Origin: Craspedostauros australis
Taxonomy: Eukaryota
Length of the DNA stretch: 20,000 nucleotides
Direction: 5' to 3'
NCBI GenBank assembly: GCA_030167865.1
Contig: JALAGF010000723.1
Coordinates: 52,996 to 72,995 of the forward strand
In this document: positions 1-10,000 of the stretch, in pieces
Layout of the letters: each line of letters starts with the position of its first letter
Numbering within the stretch: position 1 is the stretch's first letter
Position numbers and translations under genes: made by a program
Notes under the pieces: model-generated
What the model saw: the letters and a program-made list of their open reading frames with translations, nothing else
Database searches by the model: none
Told to the model about the DNA's origin: nothing

Positions 1-67
1 ACGCATACGATATCACATCACAGGCACGAGGGCAACACGACTGAGCGACGCGCGGTCGGATGAACCA

Positions 68-101
68 CAACGATGACGACAACGATAACGATAACGATAA
101 T
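68..101. repeat. Short degenerate hexanucleotide microsatellite (AACGAT)n
   Basis: caacgatgacgacaacgataacgataacgataat read directly. Confidence 0.7.
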
Positions 102-711
102 CACGAGCTATGAGCGACAGCACCACACGTGTCTCTGCTCGTGACATCGCTGGTTGTTCTCGCAAATTCCAAGTGCTCTGTGAGCATCAGCTCTGCTCTA
201 CTTGTATTTGTGTGCGTGTGGTGCAGATACATACCGATAAATCCCATGCCGCGGCTTCATTTGGTGGAATGCGTTGCACCCGCCTGGCGAAGTCTTTGCC
301 AGGCTTATCACTGTTGGTCATCACATGAAAGGCGCCTCGTGCCATTGAGTCGCTCGTGGAGGCCATGGGCTATGAACAATGATCGGCGTTGCGGACCCGC
401 GTGATGTTGGCCACTCACAAAACTATCACGGTTGTACCGACGCCGTCATCATGAGCGTTTAGTCTTGGCGCCATTACAGTACCAATATCAATGCTGATAC
501 TGACGCTGATGCTGAGTTGGCGCTCATGTTTGTGTTAGTGTTGGTCTTGATCTTGCGAGACCTTCGAGAAAAAAACAGCATGTTCTTTGTTGAATCAACT
601 CAGCCCAGTCGTGCAGTAGGTACATACCACCGCATACCAAACCATACCAGCGAGCGTCCACCCGCACATAGGGCTCCTACTCCCATCTCTTGGAGTATAG
701 CATATGGCGAG

Positions 712-755
712 GTGTTCATGCTGGCAATGTGTTCATGCTGGCAATGTGTTCATGC
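712..755. repeat. Tandem repeat, 17-bp unit GTGTTCATGCTGGCAAT x ~2.6
   Basis: Exact copies at 712-728 and 729-745, partial copy at 746-755. Confidence 0.9.
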
Positions 756-1267
756 GTGCAGCGGCCAATCGGGCGAAAGGGGCAGCATCACAACATCACT
801 CGCAGCCAATCAGCCGCAGAGGGTTGGCGATGTCGGACGTCTTCGGAGCCCATCGTGTCACATCACACCACATCACGTCACGTCATGTCGTGTCATGTCT
901 CTCCGCAGACTGAGACAGCGTACGAACTGCACTCAGCAATAGACTTCACCGTGGCAACGCTGTTTGTTTCCGAACGAGGGTTTTTGTTGCAGCGACCTCT
1001 GGTATCACCTTCATGACCTGTTCTTTTGAGCCTCCGGCAATTCGACCTTTCCATGAGTTTCGAGGCAAAGACATCCCCGACTCAGCAATTGTTGTCTCGA
1101 TTCATTTCCACGCGTGTCCTCACAAAACGCGAGTCGACTGCCATCAACACTTCGCTCGTCACAATCGATTGACTCCTTGACTTGACTCACCCTACTATTA
1201 TGAAGTTAATGCTTCTAAATTGCGTAGTTACAGTGTTGTAGTGCATCTGCCTTCGTTTTTGTAGATC

Positions 1268-3204
1268 TCAGGTACCTGCATTGGAGTGCGTCTGGGTCCA
1301 GTTTCCTTCTTTGCTCCTTTGCATTTGGGTTGCGAGTTCGTCATTTCTCGTTTGTCTTTCTGCATTGCTTCGCATCGGGTATCGTAGCGTTTGGCAAGTC
1401 GTTTCTTCCTCTTGTTCGCCTCCGAGGCTGTCCACCATGAACTTGATTTCGGTTAGATCCATGTTTCCCACTACATCAGAGTGAAAATGTTGCACGTTCG
1501 GTATTGGATATTTGAGCGCGCATTCAGTCTTTCCTCTCGGTGATGTCTTTGTTGTTCCTGTCTCTTCTTCATCATCTTTGTCAAGGATCATGGCTGACAA
1601 AACTTCCACCCCAGTTGGCTTGCCCTGTTTGTTGGATATCAGCATGTAACATTTCCGAACATTCATATCTTTGCCCCCACACTCACAAACAAATTGATCA
1701 CCTCCCTTGTATATCACAAGTGCACAAGTCACTTTGGAATGGTGCATGTGCGCCTGGGCAACTTTGGTGAGTGGGGATTGTTTCCAGCAGAGCAATGCTG
1801 CATCCCATATCTTGTCTGGAGCCAGAACTTGACTCCCTTTCAATGCATCTTGCTGACCTGGGACATGCCAAGACATTGCTGGAAAGATGCATTCATCCTT
1901 CACATTTGTGATGTGTGAGTTGGGTGGCTGTCTCCGAAGATGCCATCCTTGGTGCCCGAATTTGGTTCCAAGCAACTCTTGCATTTCTCCATCTTGATGT
2001 GGACCTGCTCCATCCATTTGATAGTGCACTACCACCTTTCTTGCGGTTGAGTCTGTAACTTGTAGAGCAATTCAATGAAAGGATATCCTTCTCCGCAAAG
2101 TGCTTCTGTGGACTGTGATTTGCCTTTTCCACACCATCTCCTTGCTTCCAGTGATCTCAAGATTGTGGAAGTACGTCTTACCATTCATGTGGAGAATGTT
2201 CTTGGAGATTGGCAGGTGGTGATATGTGCCACTATCTTGATAGACACAGTGGTAAGAGGCTTTTTGCACGAGCATGAAACAACCAAAACACTCAAACCTG
2301 ACCAGATATGCATCACTTCCTTCCACAATTCAATTGCCTTGGGCACAAATGCTGTGGAGGCAATAATCATCATCTTATCCAAGTGGCATTTGTGGTGCAC
2401 CCCATGCTGCATGGGTTCAATGCCCAAGGCAGGAAATAGTTTGAAGTTTCGCCGAACCACGATAAACCAAAACCACATCTCGTCCATGTGGACCAGAACA
2501 ACTTGGATCTTGTGGAATTGCTTTGCAAACTCCCAGAACACCCAGAACTCTTTGGGCCAGTTTTACTGCTGTTGTGTAGACTGAGGGTTGAGGCTTGGTA
2601 GGGTTGTGGTGGTTTGATAGGTGTCATTTTCAAGATTTGCGACATGTTTCCGAACTGTGTTGGCAGAGATGATTTGGAGATTGCCGTTGCCTGTCACCAT
2701 GTTGGCCAGTGCCAACCACGATGCCACACTGATGCTGGCATGTATGGCACACTTTATTTCACCCAACAGATGCAGTGAGCATTTCTTCCACTCATCTGCT
2801 TGTTCCTTGGCCGTGTTTCTTGCTTCTGGTGTTGCACAAACCCAGGTGTTGGCAAGGTTGGTCCTGGCCAGCTTCATCCCAATATTCTGTGCGGCATGCT
2901 GCTTGCAGAAAGCATGGTAGGGAGTAAACACCTGGTCTTGCATTGACTGGTTGGTGAGGACTGTATATTTACCTTGTTTCTTTCTTGGACTATTGTCTAT
3001 GTGAATGGTTTGAGCCAGCCATGTTGCAGCATGTGCGAAGCTGGCCCTTGCCTCTGTGCAGGCCTCGCGCTCAGGCAAGCAATTCCACATGCGGCGAGAC
3101 ATATTTCGGAGAAGTCTGTGGTGGTAACACACACAAGGCAAGTGCTGCATTTGACACGCATGACATAAACACTGAAACGGAAAAGGAGGCAACGATGCCA
3201 ACAA
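1268..3204 (-). mobile_element. Decayed Tc1/mariner (ITm, DDxD) DNA transposon; transposase pseudogene
   Basis: Minus-strand ORF fragments 2563-3204, 2185-2541, 2072-2326, 1893-2132 and 1268-2035 carry in order VHMDEMWF (D1 at ~2484), YQMDGAGPH (D2 at ~2014) and QPPNSHITNVKD (D3 at ~1897). These match the mariner-like motifs DEKWF / QQDNAxPH / QPPNSPDLNxxD. There is an in-frame stop at 2563-2565, about three frameshifts and strong CpG depletion. Element ends were not identified. Confidence 0.85.
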
Positions 3205-3350
3205 GCACGAACATGCATGTGGAAGCGTTGAACATTCATTTTAGGTTGTTGTGGATGGAACTGAAAAGCGGAGAGAAACAAGCTTCCCGTTGTGAAAATT
3301 TTGCGACGGGAAGGCTACTCTAGACCATGTATAAGTCTAGACAATCTTGA

Positions 3351-4433
3351 TGACGTCATGGTACGATTACTATGACTTAATCAAGTCCCTCCAAGATTCA
3401 GAGTCGCTGCGAAGCATCGGGGAGGCTTTCCAATCCACGTCACATCCGCGCCAAGCGATAACTCTCTGTTGTGCCCAGGCGTGTTGAAGTTCGAATGTTG
3501 AACGACGATGCGATGACTGGTCGTCCTTTCGTTCTGTTCCACCATCTGGCCTCGTTGGATTTGTGAGTTGTTCCTTGCCACGTCATGCGCCACGCAGCAC
3601 ATAGTGAACTGCCTTTTGGGGAGTTGAAAACACACGCACACACAGAGAGACCACGTCATCGCTGTTCGAATATGGTGCACGTCGTCGCCAAACTCGGTGA
3701 CATCCATCTGTGCACAACCTGAATGGAATGTAACCCCAGTAGACAACCAAAGATCGAATTCTTGCCAATCCAAACTTGTTCTCACAGACATCAACAGCAA
3801 CGTCGGCGATAGTAGGAATCTCGCTGATCTGCGTGTCACTGCCCACTCACCTCGGCTGCGTTGGACGATGTTGAGCCACTCCATAGAAGATGTTGTGCGG
3901 AGACGACATGCATCTATTCTTCCAGCTCCTTCCCCTCCATGTGTTCCTTTCCTTCTGTCTTTCCGTTCTTCTTTCTGCTTGGCATCGCCGCATGCGGGAC
4001 TTCATCCATGTTCCATGTCCGACCTGATCGCCGCCGCGCTTCCGGATTCGTGAAACCAAGATGCAAGTGCAGGTACTTTCGTATCTGCGATGCGGTCACT
4101 ATCACCATCACTGGCCCAACAACGTGCGTGGGTGGGATACTCATGTGCCCACCAACTATGACCATCAAGATGCGATGAGGTCACCATGTCCGGAAATCGG
4201 GTTGCGCAGTCACCATGAATGAGGAAAAGTGTGACGAACGGACGACTCTGCCCTCGTTCTCATTGCAGCACCGCACCGTCAGCGGACTAATGACGTCAAT
4301 CGGAATGTCGCACCGGAGAAGATGGAAGAAATAAACATATGTGTGACGTCAGTCTTGACACACTGCGAGATAAATAGTATATATTTGAAGGAGGTGACAC
4401 GAGGAACATTGAATTTGCACATTGCTTACGTCA
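3351..4433 (+). promoter_or_regulatory. Cluster of bZIP-type ACGTCA/TGACGT motifs upstream of the FNT gene
   Basis: TGACGTCA at 3351, 4291 and 4344; CCACGTCA at 3435, 3578 and 3651; TTACGTCA at 4426. Function is inferred. Confidence 0.5.
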
Positions 4434-4828
4434 TGGATTTGCGTCTTGTCACAAAACCAAACCTGTCCAGTGTTCGTCCACGCGGATGCGGGCGCGGGCG
4501 TGGATGTCTCGGAAAAAACGAACTTTGGGGCCACGCAGTGTCGCCTGTTTCCTTCATCTTGTGCCTGGTGTCTTGTGCGTATGCCGGATGCGTGTGTTGT
4601 GGGTACTGTTGGTACTGTCGGTGCGGATGCTGTCGGTTCAATCGGTATCGGTGTTGCTGTTGCCTCGTCCGTTTCCTCATCTGATCATAATTTGAACAAT
4701 CGACACATCCAACAAGCAAACCGAAACAACGCAACGCAAAGCAACCACAATCACACGGAAGCAAAACGACATCAGCAGCCAACAGCAACGCACTCACATT
4801 TCGTCACCAATATACTGCCACCATCACC

Positions 4829-6019
4829 ATGCCATCCTCCACAATGACCAAAGCCGCGACAATGGCGGCAATCCTGCTCGCGGGAAGCATCGAGGCATTC
4901 TCGCCAAGCACAGGAGCCGCACGAATGGAGCTGAGACGCCAGCAGGTGGTCCTGTCCGCCATGGGCAAAGACCCAAAGAACGAACGCTCCAAGAAGCAGC
5001 GCTCCAAGAACGCGCCCCTGAACGCGTACGTCGACATGAACGACCCAATTGCCTTCGGAGAGGCCTCCAAGGGCGATGCCACCAAGACCGTGGGATCCCT
5101 CGAGTCTGCCTACCAGCTCCCTACCGTCGAACACCCGCCAGTTCGCGACGAGAGAGTTGCAAAAGTCAACGGCGGAGCCGTCGCGGTTGCCGCTGACCCT
5201 CCGATGGAGTTCAACGCCAAGGACTTCAGCATGCTGCACACACCGGCCGAGGCCTTCCAGATCCTCGCCGAGAAGGGTGAGGCCAACGGCAACGCATCCA
5301 CCCTCAAGACCGTCATCTCCGCCGTCTACGGAGGCATGTGCGTGGGCATGGGAGGCATGCTGTCCCTCGCCATCGCCGGCAACATGGGAGGCGTCGCCAT
5401 CACCAACCCAGGCCTCGCCAAGTTCGTCTTCGCGGCCCTCTTCCCCGTCAACCTCTTCGTCTGCCTGCTCACCGGTGGACAGCTCTTCACGGGCAATACC
5501 GCCAACATGATGGCCGCCTACTTCGAGAAGAAGGTCACCATGAAGCAGGTCGTGCGCAACTGGCTCCTCTCCTTCTCCTCCAACTTCGTGGGCTGCGCCA
5601 CTTTCGCCGGTCTGTGCAAGTACTGCGGCGTGCTGGCTGGCGGAGCTGCCACCATGGCCTCTGGTCTCGTTGGTGCCAAGACCTCGATGGCCTTCGGTCC
5701 CATCTTCGTCAAGGCCCTGCTGTGCAACTGGCTCGTCTGCCTCGCCGTCTATCTGTCCATGCAGTCCAAGGACATGGCAGGCAAGTACGTCGGCATCTTC
5801 CTTCCAATCTCCGCCTTCGTCTCCATCGGCTTCGAGCACTCCGTCGCCAACATGTTCCTCCTGCCAGCGGGTCTTCTTGGATCCGCCACCGGCATCAGCT
5901 TCAAGACGGCGCTCATCAAGAACATGCTGCCAGTCACCCTGGGCAACGCCGTTGGAGGTGCAGTCATGGTCGCCGCCATGCTCTCCTTCATGTTCGGACG
6001 CCTTGGCGAGAACCACTAA
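4829..6019 (+). CDS. Formate/nitrite transporter (FNT family, NAR1/LCIA-like), predicted plastid-targeted
   Basis: 396-aa single-exon ORF with FNT signatures GGQLFTGN, KALLCNWLVCLAV and GFEHSVANMF and about six hydrophobic helices. The N-terminal signal peptide ends in IEA|FSP (F at 4898-4900) and is followed by an Arg/Lys-rich transit-like stretch. Strong C/G-ending codon bias. The start may be ATG 4829, 4844 or 4862. Confidence 0.95.
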   Translation: MPSSTMTKAATMAAILLAGSIEAFSPSTGAARMELRRQQVVLSAMGKDPKNERSKKQRSKNAPLNAYVDMNDPIAFGEASKGDATKTVGSLESAYQLPTVEHPPVRDERVAKVNGGAVAVAADPPMEFNAKDFSMLHTPAEAFQILAEKGEANGNASTLKTVISAVYGGMCVGMGGMLSLAIAGNMGGVAITNPGLAKFVFAALFPVNLFVCLLTGGQLFTGNTANMMAAYFEKKVTMKQVVRNWLLSFSSNFVGCATFAGLCKYCGVLAGGAATMASGLVGAKTSMAFGPIFVKALLCNWLVCLAVYLSMQSKDMAGKYVGIFLPISAFVSIGFEHSVANMFLLPAGLLGSATGISFKTALIKNMLPVTLGNAVGGAVMVAAMLSFMFGRLGENH

Positions 6020-6129
6020 GCGCGCAACAACGCGTGCATCTGCAGAGGCTCTACATTCTCTGCATGAAACCTGCACATAGCTTCGAGTACTCTTGAGTAG
6101 AGTACCACATTCTACCATGACCTACCACA

Positions 6130-6215
6130 TCTACACAGACACAGACACAACATCCATCCATCCATCCATCCACCATACAACCACCCACACACAAACACCA
6201 AAACACACACACACG
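6130..6215. repeat. CA-rich low-complexity tract with (CATC)n and (CA)n downstream of the FNT stop, probably 3' UTR
   Basis: catccatccatccatccatcc and acacacacacac read directly. Confidence 0.7.
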
Positions 6216-7214
6216 TTGCCAGCATTCAATCTCCTCACGATGGACAACCATGAACATCGCAATGATTTCGCGAGGCGCAAGACACCTCATGATCTGCTCC
6301 GCATTTTTCTACAAGTGGCAACGACAGCATCGACACAGCAACATTGCAAAGACACAAACACAACACAACACTACATACACATTCACTCACTCACACAAGA
6401 CAGGCGCAAGACCAACACACTGATACCATCGCACGGTACATGTGCACAGAGCACACTTCCTTTGGGCTGATTGGAAGGAGGCCATTTTCGTGAACGGCCT
6501 CCTGACAACCTCTCCGCTCAAGGCTTGCAGGCCCCAATCGTGATCCTCACACTTACGCACACCACATTTCACGATAGAGTACCTCCTCGGAACACCATAG
6601 ACAACAAGTAAGATAGTGACATTATGATTACCCATGCCAACGTACTCTTAGCTCGCACTCCACTCAAGTGATCGCAGTCTAAATCTCATAAGAATGATGA
6701 CCACAGTGTGCTTGCACAATCGAGATGATGCGGAGCCGACGAAGAATACCATTCAAGAGCCTATGTACGACTTGCGACTATGTCGACAGTGATGATGTCA
6801 TCAAAGGCCACTCGGTTTTTTCAATTGATTCGGATTGTTTGGAGTTGTGTTTGTTTGCGCGTGTTTGTGGCATCAACTTCTCTTCTTGGTTGTGTCACGA
6901 ATCGTCCATTCCCGCCGATTTCAATCTTGTTCATTGATGATTCGACAAAGTCGATCAGTTGACATCGTGTGCCGATTGGTCATCTTCAACCAGAACGGCC
7001 CACATGTCACATCCATCAACACACGCACGAAGGAGACTTCATCGGGAGGAACAAATACCGAAAGACGAGGAGGCAGAAGAAGGCGTTGCCGCTGACGGAT
7101 TCGAATCCTCGCGCTCTGTCCACGAAGTGGAGTGAAGCACTCTCCATCGAATCTGCGTCGCAGAAACGCCGATCATCTTTCAGCATTTTCATACGCACAG
7201 AATGCGCAAAGAAC

Positions 7215-8630
7215 ATGAGTAGAGCAGACGCAATGAGAGCAACGATCCACTCCCGTTCTGTCTTCCGTCTCCCACTCATCGGAACGCTGTTCTTCATCTC
7301 CCAGACGTTCATCTCGTTCCCCTCCTCGGCCTCAGGCTTCAGCATCGCCATGACGTCGTCTCCCGCTGCAACACCTGCGACGCCCGCAGGCTGGAAGACC
7401 ACGCAACGCAGCAGCGCGGCATCGATGTCCGCCATCTCCGATGACAGCGACGCCCTGCGAGACCGCACGCAGGCCATGAACCAACGCGCATCGTCGATGC
7501 AGCCATTCACGGTATCGGAGCTGGACGGCGTCCTGCACAGCATCCAGAATGTCTATCCCTCCGATTGCGACCTCGACTCGGATGCGTTGCGCAGCCTGCT
7601 GTCGGACGTGGCGCACGTCTCCCACAAGGATTGGGCCGTGACGGGCGCCAACAGCGAGAAGCTGCAGTCCATCCTGCTGCCGTCCATGCAGACCGACGCG
7701 GCGCGGCAGCTGTGCGATCGCATCCGGACGGAAGGCAATTGGGATGGCGCCGTCGAGCACAGGCGTGACAGTTCTGACGGCGAGCCTTGGGCCGTGCTCG
7801 TCACGGGCGTCAACGGCATTCGCAAGACGACGAGCATGTACCAGGATTGGTTTCCGGACCTTCTGCAGGAGGCGCTGGTGTGTCCGCCCACCGCGGGTAC
7901 CGACAAGGATGATGCAGCAATCCCAACGTCCAGCCTGCCGTGCGGATCCAACGGTTTCTTCCGTCAGTTGGATCACATGATCGCGACGCTGTGCAACGAG
8001 GACTTTCTGCAGCTGTACGCACTGACGGCAAAGAAGATGGGCCTGTCATTGCAACAATCTAACAACGATGATGCTGATGCCACGCCGCAACCACCGAAGG
8101 AGATCGTGCAATCCTATTCCGACCTCAAGGCCGCCATCTTCACGCGCTACCGCACCTTGTCCGAACTCTTCGGAGTCGCGTTGCTGCGACATGCCCAGAA
8201 GGAATCCCTCAATTGCATGCTGGAGACGTCGGGCAGGGACGTCGCCATGTTCCATTACGTCGACACCTTCTTCCCAACGAACTACCGCAAGCTCGCGCTG
8301 CATTTCCAGATCAACGACCTGACGCAGGCGCAGACCTCCGTCGACGCACGCATGGTGAAGGAGATTCAGACCGGCATCGTGGCCATGCGCAGCGGCGACA
8401 CGAAGCAGATCATTTTGGCCAACGCCGGCGGCCCGTACGGATCGGAGGTGTTGGCGGGCGTGCAGAAGGCGTCGGATCAGGTCTGGAAGGATGAGGTCGT
8501 GTCCGACAACGTCGGCAAGGATTGGTACAAGGCTACGATTCAGATCAATGCCTATGGCGATCAACCGTGGACGGCGCAGGCCGTGTGTCCGGATGGGACT
8601 TTGGGCACCGTTCATCCCTTTGTTCGCTGA
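7215..8630 (+). CDS. P-loop NTPase/kinase with zeta-toxin-like domain, probable bipartite plastid presequence
   Basis: Coding-like GC-rich ORF, open from the GTG at 6969, first ATG at 7215, alternative ATG at 7233. Contains strand plus Walker A WAVLVTGVNGIRKTT (7806-7829), a QLD motif, Walker B-like NCMLETSG and the lid-like segment AQTSVDARM. The hydrophobic N-terminus ends in SASG|FSI (F at 7338) and is followed by an S/T/A-rich stretch. Confidence 0.8.
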   Translation: MSRADAMRATIHSRSVFRLPLIGTLFFISQTFISFPSSASGFSIAMTSSPAATPATPAGWKTTQRSSAASMSAISDDSDALRDRTQAMNQRASSMQPFTVSELDGVLHSIQNVYPSDCDLDSDALRSLLSDVAHVSHKDWAVTGANSEKLQSILLPSMQTDAARQLCDRIRTEGNWDGAVEHRRDSSDGEPWAVLVTGVNGIRKTTSMYQDWFPDLLQEALVCPPTAGTDKDDAAIPTSSLPCGSNGFFRQLDHMIATLCNEDFLQLYALTAKKMGLSLQQSNNDDADATPQPPKEIVQSYSDLKAAIFTRYRTLSELFGVALLRHAQKESLNCMLETSGRDVAMFHYVDTFFPTNYRKLALHFQINDLTQAQTSVDARMVKEIQTGIVAMRSGDTKQIILANAGGPYGSEVLAGVQKASDQVWKDEVVSDNVGKDWYKATIQINAYGDQPWTAQAVCPDGTLGTVHPFVR

Positions 8631-10000
8631 TTCAACAAATACAGCACATATGCTCTACGTAAGCAGAGTACATGAAATAAGAGTACGAGCATTTATGCCT
8701 TGGTGAATCATACTAATAGTTGCAATTTCTTATCTCTCGTATCCATCGGGACAGGTCGCTTCTTTCGTTGGCCCCATCCCAGCAGCTGACAGAATATCTT
8801 CTCCCTCTCAACCACGCAAATGCCTGCATTCCACCGTGTCACTAAGTCTTCAGGTTCCTCGTTCCTTTCATTGACGTCAGAAGCAATCGTCCCCATCCCG
8901 TCGAGTGCTGACTTTCTTGCCAAAGAACGGCTGCGCCCCATCCAAACAACCGCATTGAAATGAATGCTTGCCACTGGCAGTTCGATTATCCTTTGGGTGT
9001 CGCCAGCCAATCCAAACGCAGCACAGCAAATTGAATATGACTATTCAATGCGGTACTCGCTTCGCCGCCCGCACGCTAATGCTTGTGTTTCTCTCCTGTT
9101 GTCCACCACCGTCATACCATGCAGTTTCTTCTCATATTCCCTTATTCTCTTTCTATCTCACCATCAACCAATGCTCCTCATCCTCGTTGCCGTGGGCCTG
9201 TGCGCCTTCTGTGTCAAAACTCGTCACCTGATGAGACCGTCCTCGAGCAGCGCGTTTGCAACGCTACCGTCGTTTTTCTGGACCTGCGCAGACAAAACAG
9301 ACTAACCATGTACATTGCATAAGCTCCCAGATGCGAAGAAACGAAACACGGATGCGCAGGGACGGACACCACACCTCTGCTTGTCGGTAAGAGCGGCGCC
9401 CTGTGTTGCCGCATAATTGTGCGCCAGGCTTGAGTAGCATGGATGTGGACGCAGATGTGGAACGGAAAGGGCCCCAACGCAGGTGACGGATGCACCACCA
9501 TATTCTGGTGTGTGTGACAAGGCAATGATGAGGCAGGACTGTGCCCCAACAGCACCAACGTCGCTGCTGCGTTGGATCATCGGAATGGATGTGACCAGGA
9601 AGTGGCGCAAGCACAAACCGCAGGAAGCGCGAAGATTCCACCTATCCCGTAAGGTCGTGAATTGGTTTCGGCGATACTCGTGACTAAGTGTACCACGTCT
9701 GAGATACCTCATGAGAAAGGCATGATTTGTTGCCAAAGGATCGACCATGGCGAGAGCGAGCGCAACGGCTCGGCGGCAGTCGTCTCACTGTGCGTGCTGG
9801 TGCAGCAACAAAGGACGCAAGTCACTACATCCAGGGTGCTTCTCTCTCTCCATTCCATCCACGTTGCATCCACGTTGCATCCTCATTGCATCTACGCGGC
9901 ATCCAAACACACGCGCAGACACATGACATGAACGACTGGCCCGTTGACTGACGTTGACTGACCTTGGCTCACGTTGACGCACAACGGCTTGCCGGCAGTC

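Noticed and set aside
15..582. Possible small spliced minus-strand gene (GTATGT donor at 234, CAG acceptor at 178)
   Set aside because: The intron would be only 57 bp and the spliced product runs through a microsatellite with no recognisable features.
3319..3341. Small inverted repeat TCTAGAC...GTCTAGA near the transposon 5' side
   Set aside because: Only a 7-bp stem with no counterpart at the other end; can be chance.
1170..3390. Terminal inverted repeats of the transposon (TACAGTG at ~1229; GACTTGA/TCAAGTC at ~1179/3381)
   Set aside because: No matching CACTGTA at the other end, and the 7-bp match does not extend, so the ends cannot be supported.
3381..4187. Several 60-170 aa ORFs between the transposon and the FNT gene
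   Set aside because: No domain motifs, no coding-like codon bias, mostly non-ATG starts.
4772..6118. 448-aa antisense ORF and 252-aa alternative-frame ORF overlapping the FNT gene
   Set aside because: Shadow ORFs expected from the strong C/G third-position bias of the real gene; no recognisable motifs.
6969..7214. N-terminal 82 aa of the 553-aa ORF
   Set aside because: Starts at GTG in a eukaryotic gene and would bury the signal peptide; treated as 5' UTR or upstream sequence.
7215..8630. Toxin-antitoxin system around the zeta-like gene
   Set aside because: No antitoxin-like ORF or operon structure; the presequence points to a domesticated organellar enzyme.
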